Assembly: GCF_006345805.1 (NCBI RefSeq)
Contig: NC_042998.1
Coordinates: 187,612,001-187,676,000 of the forward strand
Length of the DNA: 64,000 nt
Origin: Octopus sinensis
Taxonomy: Eukaryota
Direction: 5' to 3'
Below, one piece after another: positions 12,065-21,831 of the stretch (position 1 is the first letter of the stretch; each line of letters begins with the position of its first letter). Under the pieces are notes generated by a model. That model had not been told where the DNA came from. It did not search any database and was given only the letters and a program-made list of their open reading frames with translations. Position numbers and translations under genes: made by a program.

Positions 12065-15000
12065 TCACTCTCTCTCACACACACTCACTCTCTCTCTCTC
12101 ACACACACTCACTCTCTCTCTCACACACACTCACTCTCTCTCACACACACACTCACTCTCTCTCTCACACACACACTCACTCTCTCTCTCACATACACTC
12201 TCTCTCCCACACACTCACTCTCTCTCTCACACTCACTCTCTCTCTCTCTCACACACATACTCACTCTCTCACACATACTCACTCTCTCTCACACACACAC
12301 TCACTCTCTCTCACACACACACTCACTCTCTCTCTCACACACACTCTCTCTCTCTCTCTCACACACACACATTTACTGGAGAATGGGGCAGTGAAGGTGA
12401 TGCCATAATATTTCATTGAATCTGTTGCATGTTAACATCTGCAGGAAAGACACAAGCAAGGTGAAGATTCAAGAGGGTTGATGTTCTGGGGAGGAAAAAC
12501 TGAGAATAGGAGTTATTGTAGGGCTGAAGAAATTGGACCCAATGTGGGTGATGAGTCACACAAAAACAGAATCCTGACGAATTTTCTCAGAATTCAAAGT
12601 GCATTGGCTAATACAGTGACATATATTATATTCAATTAAATAATACTCGCTCTGGGGAGAATATAATCTCTCTATATAAAGCTGACGTTGTCTGTGTATA
12701 GCTGGTTTGGTAGCCTTCAACTAACACTATCTCCTCCGAGACCCTGCGGCGCAAACTGACCAAAATTGAGAGTATGATAGAAGAAGGCTTGCTCTTCCTT
12801 TCATAGAAGAAAAAATTCAAATTGGACTATGTTAACACCAAAAATTATTTACATCAAAAAGGTGCTTTTTTTTCTATGAAAATCCCTATTTTTTACGATT
12901 TTTTGACTGCTGTGTCACCATTTTTCGGTGTATTTCAACCAGAAAAATGTTCACTTAAAGAGAATAACAAGCTACATAATGCAAAATTTTTACTTTTCAA
13001 AAATTTCAATTCTAAAGGGTCAAAACAAACCCAAGCAACGCCGGGTGATACTGCTAGTAAACTGATAAGGAGTAGTAGGTTTATACTTGGGGAGGTCCTA
13101 CACAATATATAACTTGGAGACTTCCTTGATAAAAATTATTTTGTCACTCCCAGTGGATTGTCAGGTCCTTAACTGTAACTTGTTTAGCTTAGGTCTAAAT
13201 CTGACACTACATCCCTATCATTTCTCAACCAGCTAGAAATAGCAGCCAAATTTACCTCAAATTCATCATCATCATTTAGCGTCCGTTTTCCATGCTAACA
13301 TTCTTCTATCTAAAACGACACATTCAATAATGTAATCTTAGTCATACCCTTACAAAGGCAGAGAGAGATCACAGGAGGACCGTCTTTGGTTATAGGTTTG
13401 CTAAATGAGAGTTGACCCAGGGACTAAACAACAACAACAATCACAACACCAACTATGAAATACCACAAAGTACTCACATATACAATTAAGTAAACTGCTT
13501 TTTCCAACATTAGTTTCTCCCAAAAGAGCAACTTGAATTCCATTTCGAAGAAGCTCTCCACGCCGACTGTCCTTTAGATGTTCTTTGATTTCAAAAATAA
13601 CTTGTTTGATTTTTTCTTCAGCTGAAATTTTATAAATACACAAATATTTTTTAAAAAGAAGACTTAATCAAATTAATATACACAAGAATGCATACATGAT
13701 ATTGATTATATTTTATTTATTTAATTATTTATAATTAATATATACAGGCACCATTCGAGTGTGATCGTTACCAGTGTCACCTTACTGGCACTTGTGCCCC
13801 GTGCTAGTAGGGTGCTAAGAGCACCATGCGAGCGTGATCATTGCCAGAGCGGCTAACTGGCTTCTGTGCTGGTGGCACATAAAAGGCACCATTCGAGCGT
13901 GATCGTTACCAGCATCGCCTTACTGGCACCTCTGCCAGTGATATGTGTAAAAAGATTCAAGCGAGGTCGTTGCCAGTACTGCCTGACTGGCCCCCATGCC
14001 GGTGGCACGTAAAAGCACTCACTTGACCAGAAAAGTCTCTCTTGACCAGAAAAAGTCTCTCTTGACCAGAAATGGCCTGAACTCTTTGCATGAACACACT
14101 CCCTGTACATAACTCCATGTCCCCCTACATGGCCTTCCTTTTTGCTTTTTGAGCCAAAAAATTAACTTAACTTAACTTAACTACACTCTTGGAGTGGTTA
14201 GCGTTAGGAAGGGCATCCAGCTATAGAAACTCTGCCAGATCAAGATTGGAGCCTGGTGCAGCCATCTGGTTTGCCAGACCTCAGTCAAAATTGTCCAACC
14301 CATGCTAGCATGGAAAGCGGACGTTAAACGATGATGATGATGATGATGATAATGACATGAATGCATACAATCTTACTGTATATGTTGTTTTGGTTATGAT
14401 AGTTTACAATCTAAACATACTAATATCTTTAATTTCAAATTTCTCCCAGACTTTCTTGGACTTAATTTCTATTTTTAAACATCTTATGATCATTGCCACT
14501 TTGTTGGATCAAACATTTTTTAATTGTAAATATCAGCAATTTCTCTACAACATTTATTTTACGAGTCCTCCACATTTACTATTAATATCAATGCTTTAAC
14601 TACAACACTGAGAAACATTTAGAAAGATATCAAAGATTTTGTTGCTCCCAAGAATATTCAGGATATAATGCATCATCATCATTATCATTACTGTCAACAG
14701 CAGCTTAAAAATTAAAACTTCTGTTTTACCTGTACTGAGCAAGCATAGATGTCTTGCAAACAACTTGCACATGCAAGTGCTACCAGTCAAAAACTCCACA
14801 TACTGGAAGCCAGCAAGTGTATGGGGTCATCAGGAGAGAATGCACACCGTTTCGGGGCCTACCTCTCGACGGCATCAATGCACACCGGCCCCCCTCACTG
14901 ATATGAGGCTCCGCTTGCTAGATCAGCTGGTTATCAAATAAAGCTCAATATTCTTCTAACCATCGCTCATCATCTCTTTTTAACCAAATCCAGTGGCTAG

Positions 15001-18000
15001 CCTTCTCCACTGTAGATTGGATATCAGTCATGGTGGTATTGACTTTACGATGAGTCAGGCCTAACGATAACAACAGTCATCTCACACTGTGTCCAACGAA
15101 CCCTCTAAACAATGATTAGAGATATGAGACCAAAACTACAACTGAAAAGTTGGTAAAGATTTGCTCACCTTCTTGAAGTACATAATCTTCAATATTGTCA
15201 TCTTCACTGAAGTCTATGTAAGCCTCAACATTGGCAGCACACTAAAGAAATAAAGAAAATGGTGTTGTTGTAGAGAAAAACAAAAGCTCTAAAAATTAAT
15301 CTGCAGGTTGAACAGATTCTTAACCCTTTAGCATTTAAACCGGCCATATCTGGCCAAAAGTATTCTGCCTGTTTTATGTTCAAACTGGCCAGATCTGGTC
15401 TCTCACACCAACCCTACAATATCATCTTAAAAATTAACAACTACCTCATTAAAATCTCATAGCTACAAGATAATGCATGATTAGTTCAAAACAATTTGGA
15501 TAAAAATGGGTTAATTTTGGCAGAATAATGCGAATACTAAAGGGTTAAACATTTTTAAAAAGTTCTTTTATTAGTCAGCTGTTCTATGAATATCAATTAT
15601 TCTTTACTTGTAGTCAGTAGGAGAGTTCTTTGAGTACAAGGACTTTAAATGTTACAAAAGAGGCTACAAATTTTTGGTAAGATTTACCAAGAATTTACCT
15701 TTAAGAGAATTGATTTCCAGTTTTGATACAATTTACTTAATTGTCCCTCCATCTGCAGTAATGCCTGTTGGTGCTGCACTTCCGTTTCAGCATGCAGTAA
15801 ATCTGATAATCCCTCGACTTCTGTCAGGTCAAGTTTACCATTTAAAAAAGCTCTGTATAATTAGACAATCAAAAACAACAATTAGCAAAATTATTTTCTT
15901 TCTCCATACATGTAATTCCATGGTTAATTAGGAAATCATCATTATCATCATCATCGTTTAATGTCCGCTTTCCATGCTAGCATGGGTTGGATGGTTCAAC
16001 TGGGGTCTGGGAAGCCAGAAGGCTGCACCAGGCCCAGTCTGATCTGGCAGTGTTTCTACAGCAGGATGCCCTTCCTAACGCCAACCACTCCGTGAGTGTA
16101 GTGGGTGCTTTTTGCGTGCCACCGACACAGGTGCCAGACGAGGCTGGCAAACGGCCACGATCGGTTGGTGCTTTTTACATGCCACCGGCACGGAGACCAG
16201 ACGAAGCTGGCAAACGGCCACGATCGGATGGTGCTTTTTACATGCCACCGGCACGGAGACCAGGCGAAGCTGGCAAACGGCCACGATCGGATGGTGCTTT
16301 TTACGTGCCACCAGCACGGAAGCCAGTCAGGGCGGCACTGGCTACGGCCACGTTCGGATGGTTCTCCTACGTGCCACTGGCACTGGTATCACAGATACAA
16401 ATTCCACTGATGTTGATGTTGAGAAACTAGAGTTAAAATGATAATGATATTTATAATGAATTTAGATGTAAATACTAAAACATTGTTCAGCTCTAAATGT
16501 GAGATTAATAGTCAAAACCTATTACTGAAATAACAGTAACTCATCCTAGATATTTAAACATTCACTCAACTACATATAATATTCAGTGTCCTAATTACTC
16601 TTTTACTTGTTTCAGTCATTTGACTGCGGCCATGCTGGAGCACCGCCTTTAGTCGAGCAACTTGACCCCGGGACTTATTCTTTGTAAGCCCAGTACTTAT
16701 TCTATCGGTTTCTTTTGCCAAACCGCTAAGTGACGGGGACGTAAACACACCAGCATCGGTTGTCAAGCAATGTTAGGGGGACAAACGCAGACACACAAAC
16801 ACATACACACACATACATATATATATATATATACATATATACGACAGGCTTCTTTCAGTTTCCATCTACCAAATCCACTCACAAGGCATTGGTCGGCCCG
16901 AAGTTATAGCAGAAGACACTTGCCCAAGATGCCACGCAGTGGGACTGAACCCGGAACCATGTGGTTGGTAAGCAAGCTACTTACCACACAGCCACTCCTG
17001 TGCCTAATTAGACAATTTGTAAACTTATATATCACAAATAAAATGAAACCATTTCATAAACATTTAGATTCTAAGTCATTACTTACCGTTTAGTAAATTC
17101 ACCAGCCTCGGCAGGCCTTAAACCAGGAACTTTGGCCAATGATGAAAGCAATGCTTGGATTACTGCAAGTCCCCCATGAATGTGAAATTCTGCAGAGTCT
17201 TCTCCGGTAAAACTTCTTGGTTCTAATTTCACAAAAAATATTCATATTTCATAGTACATAGTAAAACAAATATACTATTTTATAATACCTACATTATATG
17301 TTTATATTCTGCTATTTTTATTGAGCTGGAATTTTACACATAAAACTTCAGTCATAAGTAGAATTTTAAAAGTTTGTTCACTAATATTCTTTTAATTGTT
17401 TATTTTTCACTCTTGAGAATGTTTTGCATTGCTTTGCTATTGTGAAATTCAGAACATCTACAAAGTCAGTCCTTTTGGGTGAACAGCTGACAAAAATAAT
17501 AGACACAGGAAAACCTGGGACGAGGTGGTGAAGAACGACCTTCGAACTTTAGGTCTAACCGAGAAAATGACCAGAGACCGAGACCTTTGGAAGTATGCTG
17601 TGCGTGGGAAGACCCTGCAGGACAAGTGAGACCATAACCCGTGGCCTCTACCTGGGACATAGCCAGCCCACTTATGCATACCTTTCCTTCTTGTGACACA
17701 AACCCTACTTTTGAAGACCTGTTGAGGCAAGTGAAAATCAAAATCGAAATTGTTCAACATCAATGGAAATTGTACCCGTGATACCAGTGCCGGTGGCACA
17801 TAAGAGAACCATCCGAACGTGGCCGTTGCCAGCGCCGCCCCAACTGGCCTCCGTGCCGGTGGTACGTAAAACGCACCATCCAATCGTGGCCGTTCGCCAG
17901 CCTCGTCTGGCACCTGTGCAGGTGGCACATAAAAAGCACCCACTACACTCTCGGAGTAGTTGGCGTTAGGAAGGGCATCCAGCAGTAGAAACACTGCCAG

Positions 18001-19663
18001 ATCAGACTGGAGTCTAATGCAGCCTCCTGGCTTCCCAGACCCCAGTTGAGCCGTCCAACCCATGCTAGCATGGAAAACGGACGTTAAACGATGATGATGA
18101 TGATGATGATGGAGAGTTCTCACTAATCCACACTTGCATTGGAAAACTTTCTGGTTCCAGGTCAGCCTGAGTAAGCAGCTCCACAATCATTGTTTTTTTT
18201 TTTTTTCAGTTAGAGGAAATTCCAGGTTACTTTATCTAATGTCTTATTTCCATTTTTTAAAGACAGTAGGGTATATTTTGTGGAGATTTGACTGCTATTT
18301 CTAACATATCAAGCAATTATAGAGACACTCCGTTGAATTCATAATGATAATGAAGTGCCTCTGATTTCATTATCATCATTATGCCATCAATCAATAAAAA
18401 AAAAACAGCAATTCCATAATCTTCCAAGTTACATATATGGCCTCACCTGGAATTTGCATCACCGGTCTGGAACCCCTATCTTGCCCAGGATATTAATCGT
18501 CTGGAAACCGTTCAGTGACGTGCATGCCCTCCATCAGGCATTTGCCATATTCTGAATGCTTTACTACCCTGGGCATGGATACATTGAAACTCCGATGTCT
18601 GGCAGCTGACTTGGCAGACACCCATAAAATTATTAACCATCTTACTAACAATAACTTTGAGCACCTTTCCAAACTCCACCTGTCTAACACCCGTGGACAT
18701 GTTTACAAAGTCAGAAAACAGCACAACTCCCATGATTTTCGAAAACATTTTTTCACGCTAAGAGTTGCTGAAGCATGGAACAAACTGCCGGCATCAGTTG
18801 TTAGTTGTCGAAGCACTGCATTCTTCAAAACTTCCATGCTTCCTGAGATTCGTCAACACTACACCTGATTTTCTCCCCTCCATACACACGCAAATATGTA
18901 TTTGACTCATGCACTGTTCGCTTCCCAGACATTTGTACATTACTGCACATGCTTTATACGCACTTTTGACAAGTTGTGGTGCACCTGAGCACTGTATACA
19001 ATAATTTCATTATTTTATTATTATTATAATCAAAGACAATCTGGTGACCATCTCGTTTTTTTAAGGGTATGTAGGACATAACAATAACGTTCTAGCCGTT
19101 ATATACAATTTATATAAAAATATCCTTTATAATAGTGATTTTTTAATAACTATGCTCATATTGTCATTTATATTTGGAATTTTCGTTCTATTTTTGAATA
19201 GTTTCGGCGTGTTAGTATATTAGGAAACAACCCCTACTGACTATAAAGTTGCGTAAGTCACGTAAAAGATAATAAAAAAAACAAAGGCATTATAGAATGT
19301 CAACAACTCACTTGGAAACCAAAGAAGAATTCCACGATCGATTGGATTACGAGTGTAGGGATCAAATATTTTAGCAACAGAGGCACGTCTCGGCAAAGGT
19401 AGTTGATTTGTAAGGAGCCGCACAGCTTGTTCAGTGTTCGGACCCGAAACTCTGACCACGGCAATAGCGCACTTGCCGGCCCCCGATGAGAGAGAAAATA
19501 TGGTTTTATCGCTTTGTTTCGATACATAATGATCATATAATGGAAAACTGTTTTTAGAGTAATGAGCATACTGATGGAAGAGTCTTAAATTGCTTAGAGT
19601 GAAACTAACTGAAGAAACTATTCTATATCGACCTCCAAGAGAACTGCAAAGCTTCTTCCACAT
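4065..19663 (-). CDS. GTPBP3: tRNA modification GTPase GTPBP3 (MnmE/TrmE homolog), mitochondrial; complete 8-exon gene
   Basis: Exons 19663-19312, 17222-17087, 15852-15699, 15241-15169, 13621-13478, 11705-11540, 7563-7186, 4296-4065 join in frame (1635 nt, 544 aa) with GT-AG introns. Motifs: [27 protein letters not shown]1 GETNVGKS, G2 GTTRD, G3 DTAG, G4 NKSD, C-terminal FCIGK. R/S-rich N-terminus resembles a mitochondrial presequence. Confidence 0.96.
4401..4633 (+). mobile_element. tRNA-derived SINE, family B
   Basis: Head GGTGGCAAGCTGGCAGAAACGTTAG, B-box-like GAGTTCAAATTCC, tail AATAAAGAAATAAGA; flanked by direct repeats. Confidence 0.85.
4650..4876 (+). mobile_element. tRNA-derived SINE, family B (second tandem copy)
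   Basis: Colinear with 4401-4633; 5' few nt missing. Confidence 0.85.
5004..5352 (+). repeat. Purine-rich (GGAA/GGGA)n low-complexity tract
   Basis: Almost pure G/A on the plus strand. Confidence 0.95.
5396..5614. mobile_element. Candidate TTAA-flanked (piggyBac-like) MITE
   Basis: TTAA-CCGTTTTGATACCA ... TGGTAACAGAAGGG-TTAC; 11/14 terminal inverted match. Confidence 0.45.
6292..6703 (-). mobile_element. tRNA-derived SINE, family A
   Basis: Minus-strand head AGGCGTAGGAATGGCTGTGTGGTAAG with GGGTTCAGTCCC B-box-like motif, central GAGTGGATTTGGTA..GGAAACTGAAAGAAGCC domain, internal TA/TG microsatellite, AAAAGAGTA tail. Confidence 0.88.
7186..7563 (-). CDS. GTPBP3: GTPBP3 exon 7 (...VVVFNKSDL...[10 protein letters not shown]...)
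   Basis: Acceptor TTTGCAG|, donor AG|GTAATT; G4 NKSD; phase matches both neighbours. Confidence 0.92.
7678..7927. repeat. Fold-back palindrome, ~115 bp arms, 18 nt loop
   Basis: 7678-7792 is the near-perfect reverse complement of 7811-7927. Confidence 0.9.
8712..8986 (+). mobile_element. RTE LINE 3' end
   Basis: Family match, (GAT)n tail; 27 bp tandem duplication at the 5' junction. Confidence 0.85.
9124..9335 (+). mobile_element. SINE family B variant (different 3' tail) with 19 bp TSD
   Basis: CAATATTTTAACATCTACT at 9105-9123 and 9336-9354. Confidence 0.85.
9363..9592 (-). mobile_element. SINE family B with 10 bp TSD
   Basis: CTATGTGGTC at 9353-9362 and 9593-9602. Confidence 0.88.
9865..10225 (+). 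mobile_element. SINE family A, diverged; followed by a minus-strand head fragment at ~10240-10350
   Basis: Central domain GAATTTGGTAGATGGAAACTGAAAGAAGCC and 3' region match. Confidence 0.75.
10356..10745 (-). mobile_element. RTE LINE 3' end
   Basis: (ATC)n tail; extends into the 5' part of the 3' UTR seen at 17700-17790. Confidence 0.85.
11003..11455 (-). mobile_element. RTE LINE 3' end, variant tandem units
   Basis: (ATC)n tail; ~60-66 bp units containing GATCACGCTCGAATGGTGC. Confidence 0.85.
11540..11705 (-). CDS. GTPBP3: GTPBP3 exon 6 ([12 protein letters not shown]...DTAGMRE)
   Basis: Acceptor TTGCCAG|, donor AG|GTTTGT; G2 and G3 motifs. Confidence 0.95.
11878..12372. repeat. Compound (AC)n/(TC)n microsatellite
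   Basis: Alternating CA and CT runs. Confidence 0.95.
12667..13057 (+). mobile_element. Non-autonomous Helitron with both ends intact
   Basis: A|TCTCTCTATATAAAG 5' end; 3' hairpin ACCCAAGCAACGCCGGGT, 7 nt spacer, CTAG|T; no TSD. Confidence 0.8.
13478..13621 (-). CDS. GTPBP3: GTPBP3 exon 5 (P-loop [12 protein letters not shown])
   Basis: Acceptor TTTCAG|, donor T|GTGAGT; G1 motif. Confidence 0.95.
13745..14350 (+). mobile_element. RTE LINE 3' end interrupted by a 156 bp insertion (14024-14179)
   Basis: Family sequence breaks at GCACTCACT and resumes at ACACTCTTGGAG. Confidence 0.8.
15169..15241 (-). CDS. GTPBP3: GTPBP3 exon 4 ([24 protein letters not shown])
   Basis: Acceptor TTTCTTTAG|, donor G|GTGAGC; EAxIDFxED motif. 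Confidence 0.95.
15324..15544. mobile_element. piggyBac-like MITE (221 bp)
   Basis: TTAA|CCCTTTAG ... CTAAAGGG|TTAA; a second copy at 1-150. Confidence 0.75.
15699..15852 (-). CDS. GTPBP3: GTPBP3 exon 3 ([36 protein letters not shown]...)
   Basis: Acceptor TACAG|, donor AAG|GTAAAT; conserved NGKLDL motif. Confidence 0.95.
15938..16410 (-). mobile_element. RTE LINE 3' end with about five ~60 bp tandem units
   Basis: (ATC)n tail; units at ~16080-16390. Confidence 0.88.
16596..17005 (-). mobile_element. SINE family A, full length
   Basis: Colinear with 6292-6703; CCTAATTA at both flanks. Confidence 0.9.
17087..17222 (-). CDS. GTPBP3: GTPBP3 exon 2 ([17 protein letters not shown]...AEAGEFTKR)
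   Basis: Acceptor AATTAG|, donor CG|GTAAGT; not in the ORF track but translates to conserved MnmE motifs. Confidence 0.95.
17501..18112 (+). mobile_element. RTE LINE: ORF2 C-terminus plus complete 3' UTR and (GAT)n tail
   Basis: 17501-17629 translates [42 protein letters not shown], a typical RTE (GRP)RKTW..V..DL...DR..W end. Confidence 0.9.
18430..19028 (+). mobile_element. CR1-clade LINE 3' end (degenerate ORF2 plus 3' UTR and (ATT)n tail)
   Basis: [25 protein letters not shown] ... TRGHVYKV...[17 protein letters not shown] with stop and frameshift. Confidence 0.9.
19312..19663 (-). CDS. GTPBP3: GTPBP3 exon 1 (MWKKL...[22 protein letters not shown]...DRGILLWFP)
   Basis: ATG at 19663, MnmE N-terminal motif, donor A|GTGAGT at 19311; phase 1. 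Confidence 0.9.
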
Positions 19664-20613
19664 TTTAATTTGTTATTATGACTTACCTCCCTTACTACAT
19701 TACCTCCACTTGGCAGATTAATTCTTGGAGATAAGAGAATCGGTGAACAAACCGAGAGAGTGGATATTATTCGCAGTTATTTCATAAAAATAAATATAGG
19801 CTTGTACTGGTATCGATTCTATTGACTGTAATTTCACATAGAAGATTGCTCCAAATAAACAAATCGGTGTTTCTTTATCTGAATAAACAGATTTCCATAA
19901 AGGAAGGAATGTTAGATAAAAGTTCCAAATGCAAAATTTGGCGAGCTTTCGGTACAAGTACCATAACTGTCAAGTCTGTTTGTTTACATTTGAAGAAGAA
20001 GATCGTCACTTTCCGTAATTTTTTTTATTTATGTGGGGTTGGGGGTGGGGGAAAAGGGTTTCTTTTTTTCTTCAGAAATGTAAATAAACCCACGTGGGTT
20101 TATAATTGGTAGTTATGGTACTTGTATCGAAAGATCGCCCAAAAGTTAAGTATCTCTTGTAAAACAAACAGTATTTGAAATCTGAATTCAAGATGAAAAC
20201 TTTAGAAGCTGACAATATTTTTTGTCTAGTTCTTCACTAAACCTGTATGGATAAACAAAACAAAAAAAGTTTCTCGTTTCCTGTTTTAATAATTTAGTCA
20301 AAGGATCTTTGTTACCCTTCTTGGGTTAAAGGGATCAATGCGATGAACACTCAGTTTGAACTTGAGTAGGATTCCAGGGGTTATATTTCTGGAGAGAAAA
20401 GACTAGTCAGAGTATAGTGTATGAATTGGTGGGACGTGTAAGGTTAAATGGGGTGCTGTGAGGGTGAAACAAGGACACTGAGTATTGGTGAAGGTGATCT
20501 GTAGCTACAGATCCTACAATCTTCATATGAGAGAAAGTAATAGATTTTGTATGGTCCCTTTTCTTAAAACTGGAAGTTTCAACTAAATTTGCTAACCTTA
20601 TAGAACTGCTGGG

Positions 20614-20649
<36 letters not shown>

Positions 20650-20923
20650 GACGGAGACAGAGAGAGACACAGACAGAGACAGACAGACAAAGAGAGTTTC
20701 CATTAATGTTGGAAGAGAAATTAATAGAGACTAACAAGCAGAGTCAGGGAAGTTGCTATTCTTTAAAATGGGACATACCAACATGTTTTTTGTAACTTGT
20801 GATGTAACCTTGTAGGAAGTTATTTAGTTAAGAATAGAAACTAGCTCAAGAGAAAGTTTAAGGGTGATGGTAGCTACACTACACCATTAGGACCAGTTAT
20901 CTTGCAATGATTGGAAAACAGTT

Positions 20924-21243
20924 ATCATCATCATCATCATCGTTTAACGTCCACTTTCCATGCTAGCATGGGTTGGACGATTTGACTGAGTTCTGGCAAA
21001 CCAGATGGTTGCACCAGACTCCAATCTTGATTTGGCAGAGTTTCTATAGCTGGATGCCCTTCCTAGCGCTAACCACTCTGAGAGTGTAGTGGGTGCTTTT
21101 ACGTGCCACTAGCACGAGGGCCAGATAGGTGGTACTGGCAACAGCTACACTCAAATGATGCTTTTTATGTGCCACCTGCACAGGAGCCAGTGCAGCGACA
21201 CTGGCAACGACCTCGCTCGAATGTTTTTTTCATGTGCCACCAA
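20924..21243 (-). mobile_element. RTE LINE 3' end
   Basis: (ATC)n tail and family core. Confidence 0.85.
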
Positions 21244-21831
21244 CATATGATAATGAGACAGACAGAAAACAGCTAAGTTCCAATGTATGGTTGTACAGTG
21301 TACATTGTAAACTAAGTGGGCAGCAAATGTGGTTTTTCAGCAGGATTACTACTAAAAGGAATATCTTAATTTGGTGGTATTTAATAAGAGGATTCATTCA
21401 GTGGAGACACTCATGAAAGCAATCTCTGCTTTCTTAATGTTCTACAAGCTTTGTGGTGGTGAAGGAATGACTCCCACAGTGCTGTTGTATGTGCACCAAG
21501 TGCAGATGCAAGTGAACTACTTAGGGATTATGGGCTTCAGTAGTGTGAGGAATGTGGAGGGCCATAAAGGATAGTAGGGGCTACCTAATAGTCTTAGATA
21601 GTTCAGAACTGGACCATTGACTTAGTGTTTAATAAAAAAAATGTAAGAAACATTATCTAAATGCTACTGAAGAGAAAAAATCTTGTTTTGAAATACCAAC
21701 AAAAGGATTCATTTTAAGAGCCTTCATTTTGATGGATAAACACTACATTCTTCATACGAGAGAAAATAAAAGATTTTGTATAGTTTAATTTGGTTGAATG
21801 TGTTTGTCCTCAATTACAAAACTCACTAGTA

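Noticed and set aside
11800-12408. 202 aa H/T/L/S ORF
   Set aside because: (CA)/(CT) microsatellite.
12548-12577. C box (GTGATGA) and D box (CTGA) pair
   Set aside because: Only 30 nt apart, no terminal stem, and antisense to the host intron.
16080-16390. CRISPR-like regularly spaced repeats
   Set aside because: Units are contiguous tandem copies without unique spacers, there are no cas genes, and the context is a eukaryotic LINE.
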